Source of the DNA: a virus
DNA length: 64,000 nucleotides
Reading direction: 5' to 3' (one strand)
IMG/VR virus record: IMGVR_UViG_3300028800_000061
Span: 32,001-96,000 of that record
Positions 45,103 through 54,597 of this stretch are shown here, one piece after another; the first letter of the stretch is position 1; the number at the start of each line of letters is the position of its first letter. The position numbers were made by a program, and so were the translations under genes. Below the pieces are notes generated by a model, which was not told the origin of the DNA, did not search any database, and saw only the letters and a program-made list of their open reading frames with translations.

Positions 45103-45333
45103 ATGACGGGCGGTAGGCGTCTCAACGCGGCACCAGGTGATGAGCAGCTGCTCACAGCGGGAGAGGTCGCAGCAAAGTTCCATGTCTCTCCCAAGACAGT
45201 CGGCGCCTGGGCGGCGCAGAGCAAAATCCACTCAATCCGGACCCCTGGCGGCCACCGCAGGTTCCGTGAGCAAGACGTGCGCGCGTTCCTCAACGGAGAA
45301 GGCGGCGGCACCCGGCTGCAGGCCGCAGGGTAA
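45103..45333 (+). CDS. bldC: BldC-family MerR-like regulator
   Basis: LLT..EVA..F.V.PKTV..WA...K..SIRT.GGHRR.RE..VRA.L matches recalled BldC. Confidence 0.8.
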   Translation: MTGGRRLNAAPGDEQLLTAGEVAAKFHVSPKTVGAWAAQSKIHSIRTPGGHRRFREQDVRAFLNGEGGGTRLQAAG

Positions 45334-45371
45334 CCCCTCGATCACAGCCAGCCACCCAGGGGGAACCGACC

Positions 45372-45908
45372 GTGCACCCATTGCCATGGGTCGACGACAC
45401 AGGCGAAACGCCTGACAACGCCGACCTCGATCCGCTGCCTGTTGTCATGGACCGCCGTCCGGGCATGCACCGGAGCCATACCACCAGGCACCAACCGCAA
45501 ATCGTCATAGCAAGCGTGGTGATCGCCGCCATCGTGGCGATCACGCTCGCCACGATGCTCGCCGTAAGCCTCATCGGCAACGGCACCACCAAAACTGCCG
45601 GATCGCAGTCCAGCGCAACCTCCCGGATTCTTGGATCGTTCAAAGGCACTGGTAGCGGCCGGACTCCCGCATTCACGGCAGGCGGCGAGGGCACATGGGA
45701 GCTGATCTGGTCTTACGACTGCGCAAACGCCAGCCACCCAGGCACCTTCGCGGTCACAGAGGCACCACCCAACCCGCGAGCGGTCACCGTTAACGCAACT
45801 GGTGACAGCGGCCACGGCAGCACCTACGCTTACGCCGACACCGGCATCCATTACCTGCGCGTTACTTCAACATGCGCATGGAAAACCCGCGTGAAAGGAC
45901 AACCCTGA
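45372..45908 (+). CDS. membrane-anchored exported protein
   Basis: single TM then beta-rich domain. Confidence 0.7.
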   Translation: MHPLPWVDDTGETPDNADLDPLPVVMDRRPGMHRSHTTRHQPQIVIASVVIAAIVAITLATMLAVSLIGNGTTKTAGSQSSATSRILGSFKGTGSGRTPAFTAGGEGTWELIWSYDCANASHPGTFAVTEAPPNPRAVTVNATGDSGHGSTYAYADTGIHYLRVTSTCAWKTRVKGQP

Positions 45909-45959
45909 CCCTCCCCAGCCCATCCAAGGCCCGCTCAGACCAAGGAGAACGCAACAACG

Positions 45960-46928
45960 ATGGCAGCACGAGCAGCAATAGCGAAAGAAATCGCGACACC
46001 CTTCAGAGCACCGGCAGGCGACAGTGAGCCGCCTGCCGGCGTGAGGAAACCCGCCTCAGTCAAACTCGCCGCCGCAGCCACAATCGCCGCCAACCCCGAG
46101 CTCCCCGGGCTGGAAGCCGAGTGGATGCTGGTCACACCGGAGCAAGCTGCGGAGTGGCTGGCCGAGTGGAACGAAAGCAACAGATCACGTCGCGACGACC
46201 ACTCCGAAGCGCAGCACCGGGACATGCTCAACGGCGACTGGATGATCAACGGCGCCACCCTCGTGTTCGATCCGGACGGCAACATGCTCGACGGCCAGCA
46301 CCGTTGCGAAGCCATCGTCAAAGCCGCCCAGGCCCAGTGGTCACTCATCGTCCGGGGCATCCCCAAAGAAGCTCAGACGACCATGGACAGCAACACCCCC
46401 CGCAGGCCGGGCGACCGGTTCGCGTTCGATCGCGTCCCCCACCCGACCGTCGTCGCGGCGCTGGCCCGCCGCTGGTGGGCATGGGAACGCGGTGAGCGCG
46501 CCCAGATCGGCCACGCCCGGCCTACCCACCGGGAGATCCTGCACGCGCACCGCGACCACAGCGAGCAGATCCTCGCCGCGGCCGAGTTCGCCGCGGCGGC
46601 ACGCTCAGTGAAAGAGCTGCGCAAGGCAACCACCACGGTGTGGGGCACAGCGTTCCTGATTTTCACTGAGACATCCGACCAGGCAACGGCCCGGTTCTTC
46701 CTCGAGCACGTCCTCTCCGGCGAGGACCTCGGCAAGGGCAACCCGATGCTGGCGCTGCGGAACCGGCTCATGTCCGCCGCAGTCCCCCCCGGCGAAGCGC
46801 TCGGCGAAGTCAAACTGCTGTACCTGTTCATCGCCGCATGGAACCTCTTCCGGGGCGGCCAGACCGTTGAGCGACTGCAACTCCCCAAATACGGGGTGTC
46901 CGGAAAGAACTTCCCAGAGCCATACTGA
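45960..46928 (+). CDS. ParB/Srx-fold DGQHR-motif protein
   Basis: AAGGAG RBS; VTPEQA..WL..N..NR...G.W...LDGQHR..AI. Confidence 0.75.
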   Translation: MAARAAIAKEIATPFRAPAGDSEPPAGVRKPASVKLAAAATIAANPELPGLEAEWMLVTPEQAAEWLAEWNESNRSRRDDHSEAQHRDMLNGDWMINGATLVFDPDGNMLDGQHRCEAIVKAAQAQWSLIVRGIPKEAQTTMDSNTPRRPGDRFAFDRVPHPTVVAALARRWWAWERGERAQIGHARPTHREILHAHRDHSEQILAAAEFAAAARSVKELRKATTTVWGTAFLIFTETSDQATARFFLEHVLSGEDLGKGNPMLALRNRLMSAAVPPGEALGEVKLLYLFIAAWNLFRGGQTVERLQLPKYGVSGKNFPEPY

Positions 46929-47514
46929 TCACCATCTGATTCGTCGCGGGTTTAGCCCCCCGGCGCCCGCGGCGGCGCAACCCCCCATGTGGCGGGCGGG
47001 TTGCGAAGGTCCCCGGCAGGGCTACATCTCCCGTGACCCTGCCGGGGGCCGCACCGCATACAAGGTCATACCGCCGTAACTGAACGGTGACCGCAGGTCA
47101 GTAATCTCCTGACAGGCCGGAAACGTCCAGTTAGTAGCGGGCAGCCTCACATGCCAGCGCACCCCTGGGATGCACCCCCGGGACTGCGCTTCGAGCCGCC
47201 ACCCTGATGACACCAGGACAGGACCCTTGACCGGCCACAATAACGCCCCGACTCCAGTAGCGGAACCACCAACCCCGCAATGGTCCCAATCCGCACAGCA
47301 ACAACAAGCTGGCCTCGACGCACTGGTGGACACCGCGGTCGGTGCCGCGCTGACCCGCCCGTTCGCCTCAATCACTTTGCCGGCATCGAATCCAGGGTCA
47401 CGCCGGCGTAGAAACCAGGAGACATCTCGTGCGCGCGTTCCTGCCCACCCTCATGATGATCACGCTCGGGTCGGTGGCTGTGACGGCGATAGTCGTGGTG
47501 CTGGCCCGGCACAC

Positions 47515-48948
47515 ATGGCGCCGCGGCAAATCACTCCGGGAGCCCTGAACGCCCACTACAACATCCCGGTCTGCTCCCTGCGTCGACGGGAGGCCCGCGG
47601 CATCATCCTGACGTCGATCCTTCTCGCAGGCATGGGAGTTCGCTTCGGGTTCCTGGTCGCCTCGTACCCTGCGTTCTGGCCGCTAGAGGCTGTCTGGCTG
47701 GTGCCGCTCGCCAGCATGGCATTCCAGTGGACGGTGTCATGGCGTGACCGGCCCGTGGCTCCTGATCCCCGGGTGGAGCGCTGGCTCGCGCGTCTCAACG
47801 TCACGGTCAACATTCCTGTCTACAACGAGGACCCCGCGCTCCTTGACCGATGCTTGTTCGCGCTCATCAACCAGTCCAGGCCACCTCAGAGAATCGACGT
47901 GGTCGATGATGGCTCGAAACTCGACTACACCCTCCTGCGATCCCATTGGGAACGGCAGTGGCCAGGTGGCCCTGAAATCCGGTGGTTCCGCCAAGCAAAC
48001 GCCGGGAAGAAGCATGCGCAATCCCTGACGTTCGCCAGCGCTCCCAACGCCGACGTCTTCGTGATCATCGACTCAGATACCTGCCTTGACCACCGGGCGC
48101 TAGAGGAAGGGCTGCGGCCGTTCGCCAACCGCAGCGTCGCCTCGGTGGCAGGCATCGAGCTCGCGATGAACGCGGCCAAGAACTGGCTCACCAGGACTGT
48201 CAGCGTCCGCGCCCTGTTTTTCCAGATGCTCCCCTGCGCCGCGCAATCGGCAGTAGGTGACGTGCTCATCAACAGGGGTGCGTTCTTCCTGATCCGGGCT
48301 TCGGTTGTCCGAGAGTATCTGCGGGCATACCTGGACGAGACGTTCCTTGGCCGGCCGATAAAGCTCGGCGATGACGCTGCGCTCACCCTGTTCGCCCGGG
48401 CGAGTGGCCGGACCGTGCAGCAGTCCACCTCGTTCGGCCTCACCATGTACCCAGAGACCCTCTCGCACCACTTGCGGCAGTGGACTAGGTGGATGCGCGG
48501 CTCCACAATCCGGACCGTGTGGCGGCTCCGGTATCTCTCCCCGCTGACTTTCGGCTGGTGGTTCAGCGTGCTGGGGGTCTACTCGCTCTGCATGTCTACA
48601 GCTTTCCCGGTGATGCTCACCGTCATGTGGCCGAACTCCGAGCGGGCTATCGAGTACGTGATCGCGGTCATGATCCTCTGGGGTTACGTTTACGGCCTGC
48701 GGTCCTTGTCGATCCGCCGCAGCGACCAGACCTTGGCCTACCAGATCGGATCCTTGCTGGCTTATCCGTCAGTGCTCCTATGGGGACTCTTTGTGCTGCG
48801 CCCACTCCGGTTCTACGGCACGTGCACATTCCTCAAGCAGAACTGGGTGACGCGCGTCAACGGCGCTGAGATCGTCTTGGCTCCCCAGGCGCCAGAGCCT
48901 CACGCCGCCGGCGCACCGGAAGCGGCCACAGCCGGCGTTGCCCCATGA
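47515..48948 (+). CDS. processive GT2 polysaccharide synthase (hyaluronan/chitin synthase-like); true start possibly 47429 across a frameshift
   Basis: IPVYNE, DDGS, GKK.A, DSD, GDD, QxxRW, flanking TM helices. Confidence 0.88.
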   Translation: MAPRQITPGALNAHYNIPVCSLRRREARGIILTSILLAGMGVRFGFLVASYPAFWPLEAVWLVPLASMAFQWTVSWRDRPVAPDPRVERWLARLNVTVNIPVYNEDPALLDRCLFALINQSRPPQRIDVVDDGSKLDYTLLRSHWERQWPGGPEIRWFRQANAGKKHAQSLTFASAPNADVFVIIDSDTCLDHRALEEGLRPFANRSVASVAGIELAMNAAKNWLTRTVSVRALFFQMLPCAAQSAVGDVLINRGAFFLIRASVVREYLRAYLDETFLGRPIKLGDDAALTLFARASGRTVQQSTSFGLTMYPETLSHHLRQWTRWMRGSTIRTVWRLRYLSPLTFGWWFSVLGVYSLCMSTAFPVMLTVMWPNSERAIEYVIAVMILWGYVYGLRSLSIRRSDQTLAYQIGSLLAYPSVLLWGLFVLRPLRFYGTCTFLKQNWVTRVNGAEIVLAPQAPEPHAAGAPEAATAGVAP

Positions 48949-49910
48949 AGCGGCGCAGCGTAGGAGCCGCCACGGTGATCGTGATCCCTGCCGCGCTGCT
49001 AGGGGTGTTCGCCGCGCTGGTAGTCGCACATCATGTGACCCAGCCGGGCATCTATACCGCACCGGCGCCTGGCACTCCCGTTCACGCCACCGCAGCCCAA
49101 GGGCGATACGTAGGCGTCTATGAGCCCGGCTCTCCAGGCTCCTACGCGCCAGTTCGGGCATTCGAGGCGACATCTGGCGTCAGGCCCAACCTTGCGCTCT
49201 ACTACAGCAGTTGGTGGGAGCCGTTCCGTTTGCAGTTCGCTAAGGCTGCCTACACGAACGGCGCCATGCCGTTCGTGCAGATGATCCCCCATGGCCGGGG
49301 CGTGTCCGTGGACAGGGTTGCCCAAGGTCAGTACGACGGATACCTGCGGACCTTCGCCGAGCAGGTCAGGCGGTACGGTCATCCGGTCGTTCTGGGCTTC
49401 GCCGCCGAAGCCAACGGGTCCTGGTACAACTGGGGCTTCAAGCATCTCTCACCGAAGGTGTGGATCGCAGCGTGGCGGCACGTAGTGACCGTCTTCCGGG
49501 AGCAGGGCGCTGACAACGTCACCTGGCTGTGGACCATAAACCGCAGCGGGAAGCGCACTGGCCCGGTCCGCGACTGGTGGCCCGGCTCCACATACGTCAA
49601 CTGGATAGGCATCGACGGCTACCTCGAGGAACCGCCGTCTACATTCAGCGGCGTGTTCGCGCCGACCATCGCCCAAGTCCGCCAGTTCAGTAACGACCCC
49701 ATACTGCTCGCCGAAACGGCAGTCGGCCCGCTCGCGGACCCAGCAGGGAAGATCCCCGGGATGTTCGACAGCATCCGGGCCGATCACCTGCTCGGGCTGG
49801 TCTGGTTCGACAAGGCCCAGCACAACGGTGTCTACCACCAGGACTGGCGACTAGAGGATGATCCGCCAGCACTCGCCGTCTTCCGGAAGGCTGCCAATAA
49901 CTTCAAATAA
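48945..49910 (+). CDS. GH26 glycoside hydrolase, exported
   Basis: N-terminal TM; E.NGSWY.W, WPG..YV.WIGIDGY, PILLAET. Confidence 0.85.
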   Translation: MKRRSVGAATVIVIPAALLGVFAALVVAHHVTQPGIYTAPAPGTPVHATAAQGRYVGVYEPGSPGSYAPVRAFEATSGVRPNLALYYSSWWEPFRLQFAKAAYTNGAMPFVQMIPHGRGVSVDRVAQGQYDGYLRTFAEQVRRYGHPVVLGFAAEANGSWYNWGFKHLSPKVWIAAWRHVVTVFREQGADNVTWLWTINRSGKRTGPVRDWWPGSTYVNWIGIDGYLEEPPSTFSGVFAPTIAQVRQFSNDPILLAETAVGPLADPAGKIPGMFDSIRADHLLGLVWFDKAQHNGVYHQDWRLEDDPPALAVFRKAANNFK

Positions 49911-50098
49911 CCGGGACCAGGCCGCGCCCTGGCAGGAATTCAGTCATACGGCCCCTTTGGGCTTGTTAGGTCCAATGTGCCGCCGAATGACCCAGCGAAT
50001 CCCTGTAGCAGGCGGTATGGCGCTATTCTTTGACCGCCCGCAAGGTGTAACAGGTGCGATGCAGTGAATGGTCTCACGGGGCAGGGGGTGAGCATTCC

Positions 50099-51598
50099 GT
50101 GACCGTGGCAACGGTAACTCAGGCGTACAAGTACGAGCTGGACCCAACCCCCTCACAGGCGCGGATGTTCGCCTCCCATGCTGGTGGGGCCAGGTTCGCG
50201 TACAACTGGGGTATCGCCACGATCATTGCCGCACTGGATGCGCGGCAAGCTGAGAAGGACGCGGGCGCCGAGCCGACCGTTCCGGTGCCCGCCCACTTCG
50301 AGTTGTGCAAGATGTGGACGGTGTGGAAGGACACCGCCGAGTGGACCGACCGCGCTACCGGGAATGTCACTGATGGTGTGGGGTGGGTCGGGGAGAACTT
50401 CGTCGGCACGTACCAGGCGGCGTTGCGTGATGCGGCCGGCGCATGGAAAGCGTTCTTCGCGTCCCGTTCGGGGAAGCGGAAAGGCCGGCGGGTCGGCCGG
50501 CCCCGTTTCCGATCGAAAGGAAAGGCCCGGGAGTCCTTCCAGGTCCACGGCGCCGTGTTCCGGCTGGCGCCCGGGCCTTCGGCCAAGTACCCGGGCACAC
50601 GGCGGGTCCGCGCGCACACACCAGCGCCGATGGCCTCGTACATAATGCTGCCGAAGATCGGCCCGGTCCGCTCGCACGAGTCGACACGGAAACTGCGCCG
50701 CAGGATTGACAACGGCACCGCGAGGATTGTCCGCGGCACCGTAGCGAAAAACGCCGCAGGCCGGTGGCACATCGCGATCACCGCCGAGGTGCAACGGGAC
50801 GTGCGGCTGAAGCCGTCTGCCCGGCAGCTGGCGGGCGGCATCATCGGTGTCGACTTGGGTGTGCGGGACACGATCACTTTGTCCACCGGGGAGTCTGTGA
50901 AGAACCCAGCTCACCTTGAGCGCTCGCTGCGCCGGCTGGCGGCCGCGCAGCAAACTGTCGCCCGGCGTACCAGGATCGGCCGGCCGTCCTCGGCGCGGCG
51001 GTTGAAAGCTGTCGAGCGGGTCGGCCGGATCCACACCCGGGTCAGTAATCTCCGGCAGGATTACCTGCACAACCTGTCCACCCGGCTGATCCACGAGCAT
51101 GCTGGCATCGGGGTGGAAGGTTTCGACCTGCAGCAAGTTGCAGCCCGCGGCGGCAGGAGCGTGCCCCGGCGGGTGCGACAGGTGCGGAACAGGCTCCTGG
51201 CCGGATCCGCACTCGGAATGTTCCGCTGGCAACTGCAATCGAAAAGCGCCTGGTACGGGTGCCAGGTGCTGGTCACCGGCGCGCAAGCACCGTCGGGCAG
51301 GACATGCTCCCGGTGCGGGACGGCAAAAGCCACGCCGATCCCGCCCCATCTGGAGCTGTTCCGGTGCCCGCAGTGCGGCCACGTCCAGGATCGGCGGCTT
51401 AACACTGCCCTGGTTCTGGCGCAGTTCGCGCGTGAAACGAAAACGACGTCCGGGACTGGCTCGGAGTCGCTAAACGCCCGTGGAGAGGATGTAAGCCCCG
51501 GGCCCGTCCGCAAGGGCAGGACCGGGCGATCCTCGTTGAAGCGGGAAGCCCGCCCCAGGGGGCAACCCTCGGGTAAGACGGGCACCCCCAGCACGTAA
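50099..51598 (+). CDS. tnpB: TnpB-family protein with substituted third RuvC Asp; no adjacent tnpA
   Basis: AYKYELDP, RFAYNWG, GVDLG, VE, CxxC...CxxC, DRRLN in place of DRDxN. Confidence 0.88.
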   Translation: MTVATVTQAYKYELDPTPSQARMFASHAGGARFAYNWGIATIIAALDARQAEKDAGAEPTVPVPAHFELCKMWTVWKDTAEWTDRATGNVTDGVGWVGENFVGTYQAALRDAAGAWKAFFASRSGKRKGRRVGRPRFRSKGKARESFQVHGAVFRLAPGPSAKYPGTRRVRAHTPAPMASYIMLPKIGPVRSHESTRKLRRRIDNGTARIVRGTVAKNAAGRWHIAITAEVQRDVRLKPSARQLAGGIIGVDLGVRDTITLSTGESVKNPAHLERSLRRLAAAQQTVARRTRIGRPSSARRLKAVERVGRIHTRVSNLRQDYLHNLSTRLIHEHAGIGVEGFDLQQVAARGGRSVPRRVRQVRNRLLAGSALGMFRWQLQSKSAWYGCQVLVTGAQAPSGRTCSRCGTAKATPIPPHLELFRCPQCGHVQDRRLNTALVLAQFARETKTTSGTGSESLNARGEDVSPGPVRKGRTGRSSLKREARPRGQPSGKTGTPST

Positions 51599-51670
51599 GG
51601 GCTGGGCGTCCCCAACCACCTGCCGAAAAGCAGGCAGCACAACTCAACAGAGGCAAGCGCAGACGTTCGA
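51465..51670 (+). ncRNA. putative omegaRNA scaffold plus guide overlapping tnpB 3' end
   Basis: AACGCCCGTGGAGAGGAT...ATCCTCGTTGAAGCGGGAA pairing and GNRA hairpins; boundaries estimated. Confidence 0.55.
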
Positions 51671-51955
51671 CCGGTGGGCGAGGGGAGGCTCGCGAATCCC
51701 CTGCTGGCTACTGCTGATGTCCGGGACGAGGGGCCTAGCGCAGGTAACGTCCCATGCCGGCCATGCTGGGCGAGAGGGAGATCACCAGTCACGGGGGTGA
51801 GAGGTGTAGCAGTGGTGCCCCGCGTGGCCCGGGCCGCTCACACGGAGGGGATGCGGGGAAGTGAACGACTTGCCTGGTACCGGGATGAGGGCATCGGCAC
51901 ATTGCTGGGGCTGAGAGCAGTGGCAGCAGGCCGGCGGCGAGAGCAGTAGAGACAC

Positions 51956-52005
51956 AAAAAAGGCCGCCCCTGCTACCCGGCACGAAGCCAGGTAGCAGGG
52001 GCGGC
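51956..52005 (-). terminator. intrinsic terminator of the late operon
   Basis: ~19-bp GC stem followed by T6 on minus strand. Confidence 0.85.
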
Positions 52006-52027
52006 AGAGAGTAAGCGGTGCCTGTGG

Positions 52028-52411
52028 TCAGCTGGTAGCCGACTCCGGTGGTGGGATGACGCTAGGCGGGTTCAGCTTGGCCACAGGCGTGATGGCTTGA
52101 CGGAGCACCAAGGACAGCACCAAGGACAACGCCGGCACCGCGGTGCCGATCTGATCCGCTGTCAGGTGCAAACCAAACGCCGCCGCTGCTGTGGCGATCG
52201 TGGCCACCGCACCGGTCACCACGGGAACGCTCGCCGGCCTGGCCGCGGCCGCCGCGATGAGAGCAAGAACGGCCGTGGCCGCAGTGGTCACCGCACCGGT
52301 TTGGGTGGCCGTCAGGTGCAGGCCAAACGCGACAGCGGCAGCGATCACACTGTTGACACCGCCGACGATAACCGCCGGCTCGTTTCGGATCTCGGTGAGT
52401 AGTTTGTTCAC
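52028..52411 (-). CDS. holin
   Basis: EPA motif; four TM segments with duplicated AFGLHLTA.Q; end of lysis cassette. Confidence 0.7.
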   Translation of the reverse strand: MNKLLTEIRNEPAVIVGGVNSVIAAAVAFGLHLTATQTGAVTTAATAVLALIAAAAARPASVPVVTGAVATIATAAAAFGLHLTADQIGTAVPALSLVLSLVLRQAITPVAKLNPPSVIPPPESATS

Positions 52412-52424
52412 ATGCCTCCGGGGA

Positions 52425-53228
52425 TCAGATGTGGAGTTGCCGGAAATCGCACCAGTGACCTAGCGCGGCGAACGTGGACAAGTGCGCCCGGCCATCACCA
52501 TCCGCTCCCCACGACGTCGACCAGGAGTTGCGGAACCGGATGGTGGTGCGTTGCAGATCGAGGCGGCCGAGCAGATCAAACTGGACGTTCTCGATCGTGT
52601 GCCAGTACGTTTCGTGGCCACCGACGACACCGCCGGCGATATCCCCGGCCAGATGGGTCAGTGATCCGTCGCCGTCGATGAACCCGTCATCGTCTGGGGT
52701 CATCCACGCTGCCAGCCACGGCTGGCCGACGATCAGCCCGCCGTCCTGCATCAGGGACACGATGTTCTCGGCGCCGTGCGCGATTTTGTGGCCGGCGATC
52801 ATCGCTGTGGTTTCGAGCATCTGGCAGACAGCGACACCGCTGGATCCGCAGTCCTCCGGCGGCCACTCTGATGCCGGGTTGCCGGTTTCCATCGTGAGCG
52901 CGTGGTACAGCTTGATGGCAAACTTCTCATCTGCTGCCGGGTCCTGGGTGATGCCGTATTCGGTCAGTTTCGCTTCCGGCAGAATCCCGGCCAGCGCCGC
53001 GGTGGTCGCGTTAGCGACACACGATCCGAGAGAGTCTGCTTTCGGCGCACCGGGCACCAGCTCAGATGTGTCGATGCCCTGGGCGATCAGGTCCTCTTGA
53101 TCCAGGACTGGGATGCGTGGCGGGTGCGCGACCGGTTTGAGTTCGCTTTCACCGCGGTGGAAATGCAGCCTGGCGAGCGACGATGGCGGCTCGGCGACAT
53201 GCAAACGGCCGAACTTGGTTGCGGACAG
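52425..53228 (-). CDS. papain-like (C1) cysteine peptidase
   Basis: GSCVANA, GGHE, RNSW..SWG..G; start uncertain. Confidence 0.8.
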   Translation of the reverse strand: MSATKFGRLHVAEPPSSLARLHFHRGESELKPVAHPPRIPVLDQEDLIAQGIDTSELVPGAPKADSLGSCVANATTAALAGILPEAKLTEYGITQDPAADEKFAIKLYHALTMETGNPASEWPPEDCGSSGVAVCQMLETTAMIAGHKIAHGAENIVSLMQDGGLIVGQPWLAAWMTPDDDGFIDGDGSLTHLAGDIAGGVVGGHETYWHTIENVQFDLLGRLDLQRTTIRFRNSWSTSWGADGDGRAHLSTFAALGHWCDFRQLHI

Positions 53229-53422
53229 CGTTAACAGCCCCTTCCTGGGGATGAGGGCAGGTTCGGGTGGCGCGGGGAATGAGGGGAAGGCGGACAGCAC
53301 CCTGGCCCCCGGGCGCGCTAAAGGGGGTGGGGGGTAGATGTCGCGGTGCGGGCCGCCGGGGATGAGAGGACCAACGAGACTGCGAGCGGGCAATCGGGGA
53401 CGAGAGGCCGCAGGGAGGTGGG

Positions 53423-53644
53423 TCAGGCGCTGATCGTGTACGACGTTCCAGCGCCGCCGGCTGCACCGATGCTGTAGTTGCTGCTGTACCAGGTGACAGC
53501 CGGGTAGGTGTGCGGCCACGGGTGCACGCAGGTGTGGTGATGGCAGCCGTGGCATGCCGGCTGGCCGGCCAGTGCAGTACGCAAGTTCGCGATCTCCTCG
53601 CGCAGGGCTGCGACTTCGGCGGTCAGGTCCTGCTTTCCGCTCAT
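53423..53644 (-). CDS. small hypothetical protein
   Basis: short coiled coil then His/Cys patch. Confidence 0.55.
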   Translation of the reverse strand: MSGKQDLTAEVAALREEIANLRTALAGQPACHGCHHHTCVHPWPHTYPAVTWYSSNYSIGAAGGAGTSYTISA

Positions 53645-53664
53645 GATGTTTCCGTTTTCCTTTC

Positions 53665-54597
53665 TCAGATCAGCGCAACAGCACCGGCGACATCGGAATC
53701 GCTGGTGACAGCGAGGGTGATGAACGCGCTTGTCTTCCCCGCTGGAATGGCCACGTCCTGATTGCCGCGGCTGGCGAACACAAGCTCGTAGCCGGGTTTG
53801 CCATCGACGAAATCCACATCTGCCTTGCCGGGGGCGTTCAGGCAGACCCGGACACCTTTGGCGGCTGGGATGATCGGCACCGGGGTCGGTGTTCCGTGCG
53901 GCAAAAGAGGGAGCATGGGGTCCTCCATGGTCGTGATGAGCGATGGCCCGGCTGGTTTCGGGACGGGCACTGGTTTCGGGTGCGGCTTAGGTGCAGGTTT
54001 GCCGATCACGGCCCGCATGCCGGTGAGCGTGGTGAAGTTCGCTACATCCCGGTCGATAGGCCCGGTGATCGTGTGCTGGTGGATGGTCCACGCTTTCCAC
54101 GGCACTGGCACCCGCGGGAACCCGGGCGCGCTCGACGGGTCGGAAACCCACAGCGGGAACCGGCTCAGGTGCCGGCCGTAGGCCGCGGCGTAGCTGAGGT
54201 TGACGTACAGCACCGGTGCCCGGCCGGTGCGCTCTTGCAGCAACGCGAGCACTTCCGCTGCCCACCCGGCCACCTGGGCGCCTGTGCGGCCATCGGTGGT
54301 TTCCAGGTCGAGGCACACACCGTCGTGGTCCGTGAAACCGATACGGGTGAGCTCGGCGAGGAACAAGCCGGCAGATGCGGCCGCGCCGACTGCCGGGTGC
54401 CCGAACATGTACCCGATCCGGCCTTTGCTGTTGGCTCCGAGCCACGCCCAGTCGGCGCCCGCGTCAGGGTTGGTGTACGGGCCGGCCACTGATAGCTCGG
54501 TGATTTTCACGCCAGCCCAGGAGATCGCGCCGGCCTCAGCGCGCCACGCTCCTGGCGGCCCTTGGTAGCTTGATACGTCGACGCCGGGTAGGGTCAC
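53665..54597 (-). CDS. GH25 endolysin
   Basis: GVDVSSYQG, K.TE, LDLE, LW, W.IHQ.T...D.D. Confidence 0.9.
   Translation of the reverse strand: MTLPGVDVSSYQGPPGAWRAEAGAISWAGVKITELSVAGPYTNPDAGADWAWLGANSKGRIGYMFGHPAVGAAASAGLFLAELTRIGFTDHDGVCLDLETTDGRTGAQVAGWAAEVLALLQERTGRAPVLYVNLSYAAAYGRHLSRFPLWVSDPSSAPGFPRVPVPWKAWTIHQHTITGPIDRDVANFTTLTGMRAVIGKPAPKPHPKPVPVPKPAGPSLITTMEDPMLPLLPHGTPTPVPIIPAAKGVRVCLNAPGKADVDFVDGKPGYELVFASRGNQDVAIPAGKTSAFITLAVTSDSDVAGAVALI

Noticed and set aside
50099-51650. Active IS200/IS605/IS607 element or Cas12 system
   Set aside because: No transposase, no recognisable left end, no CRISPR array.
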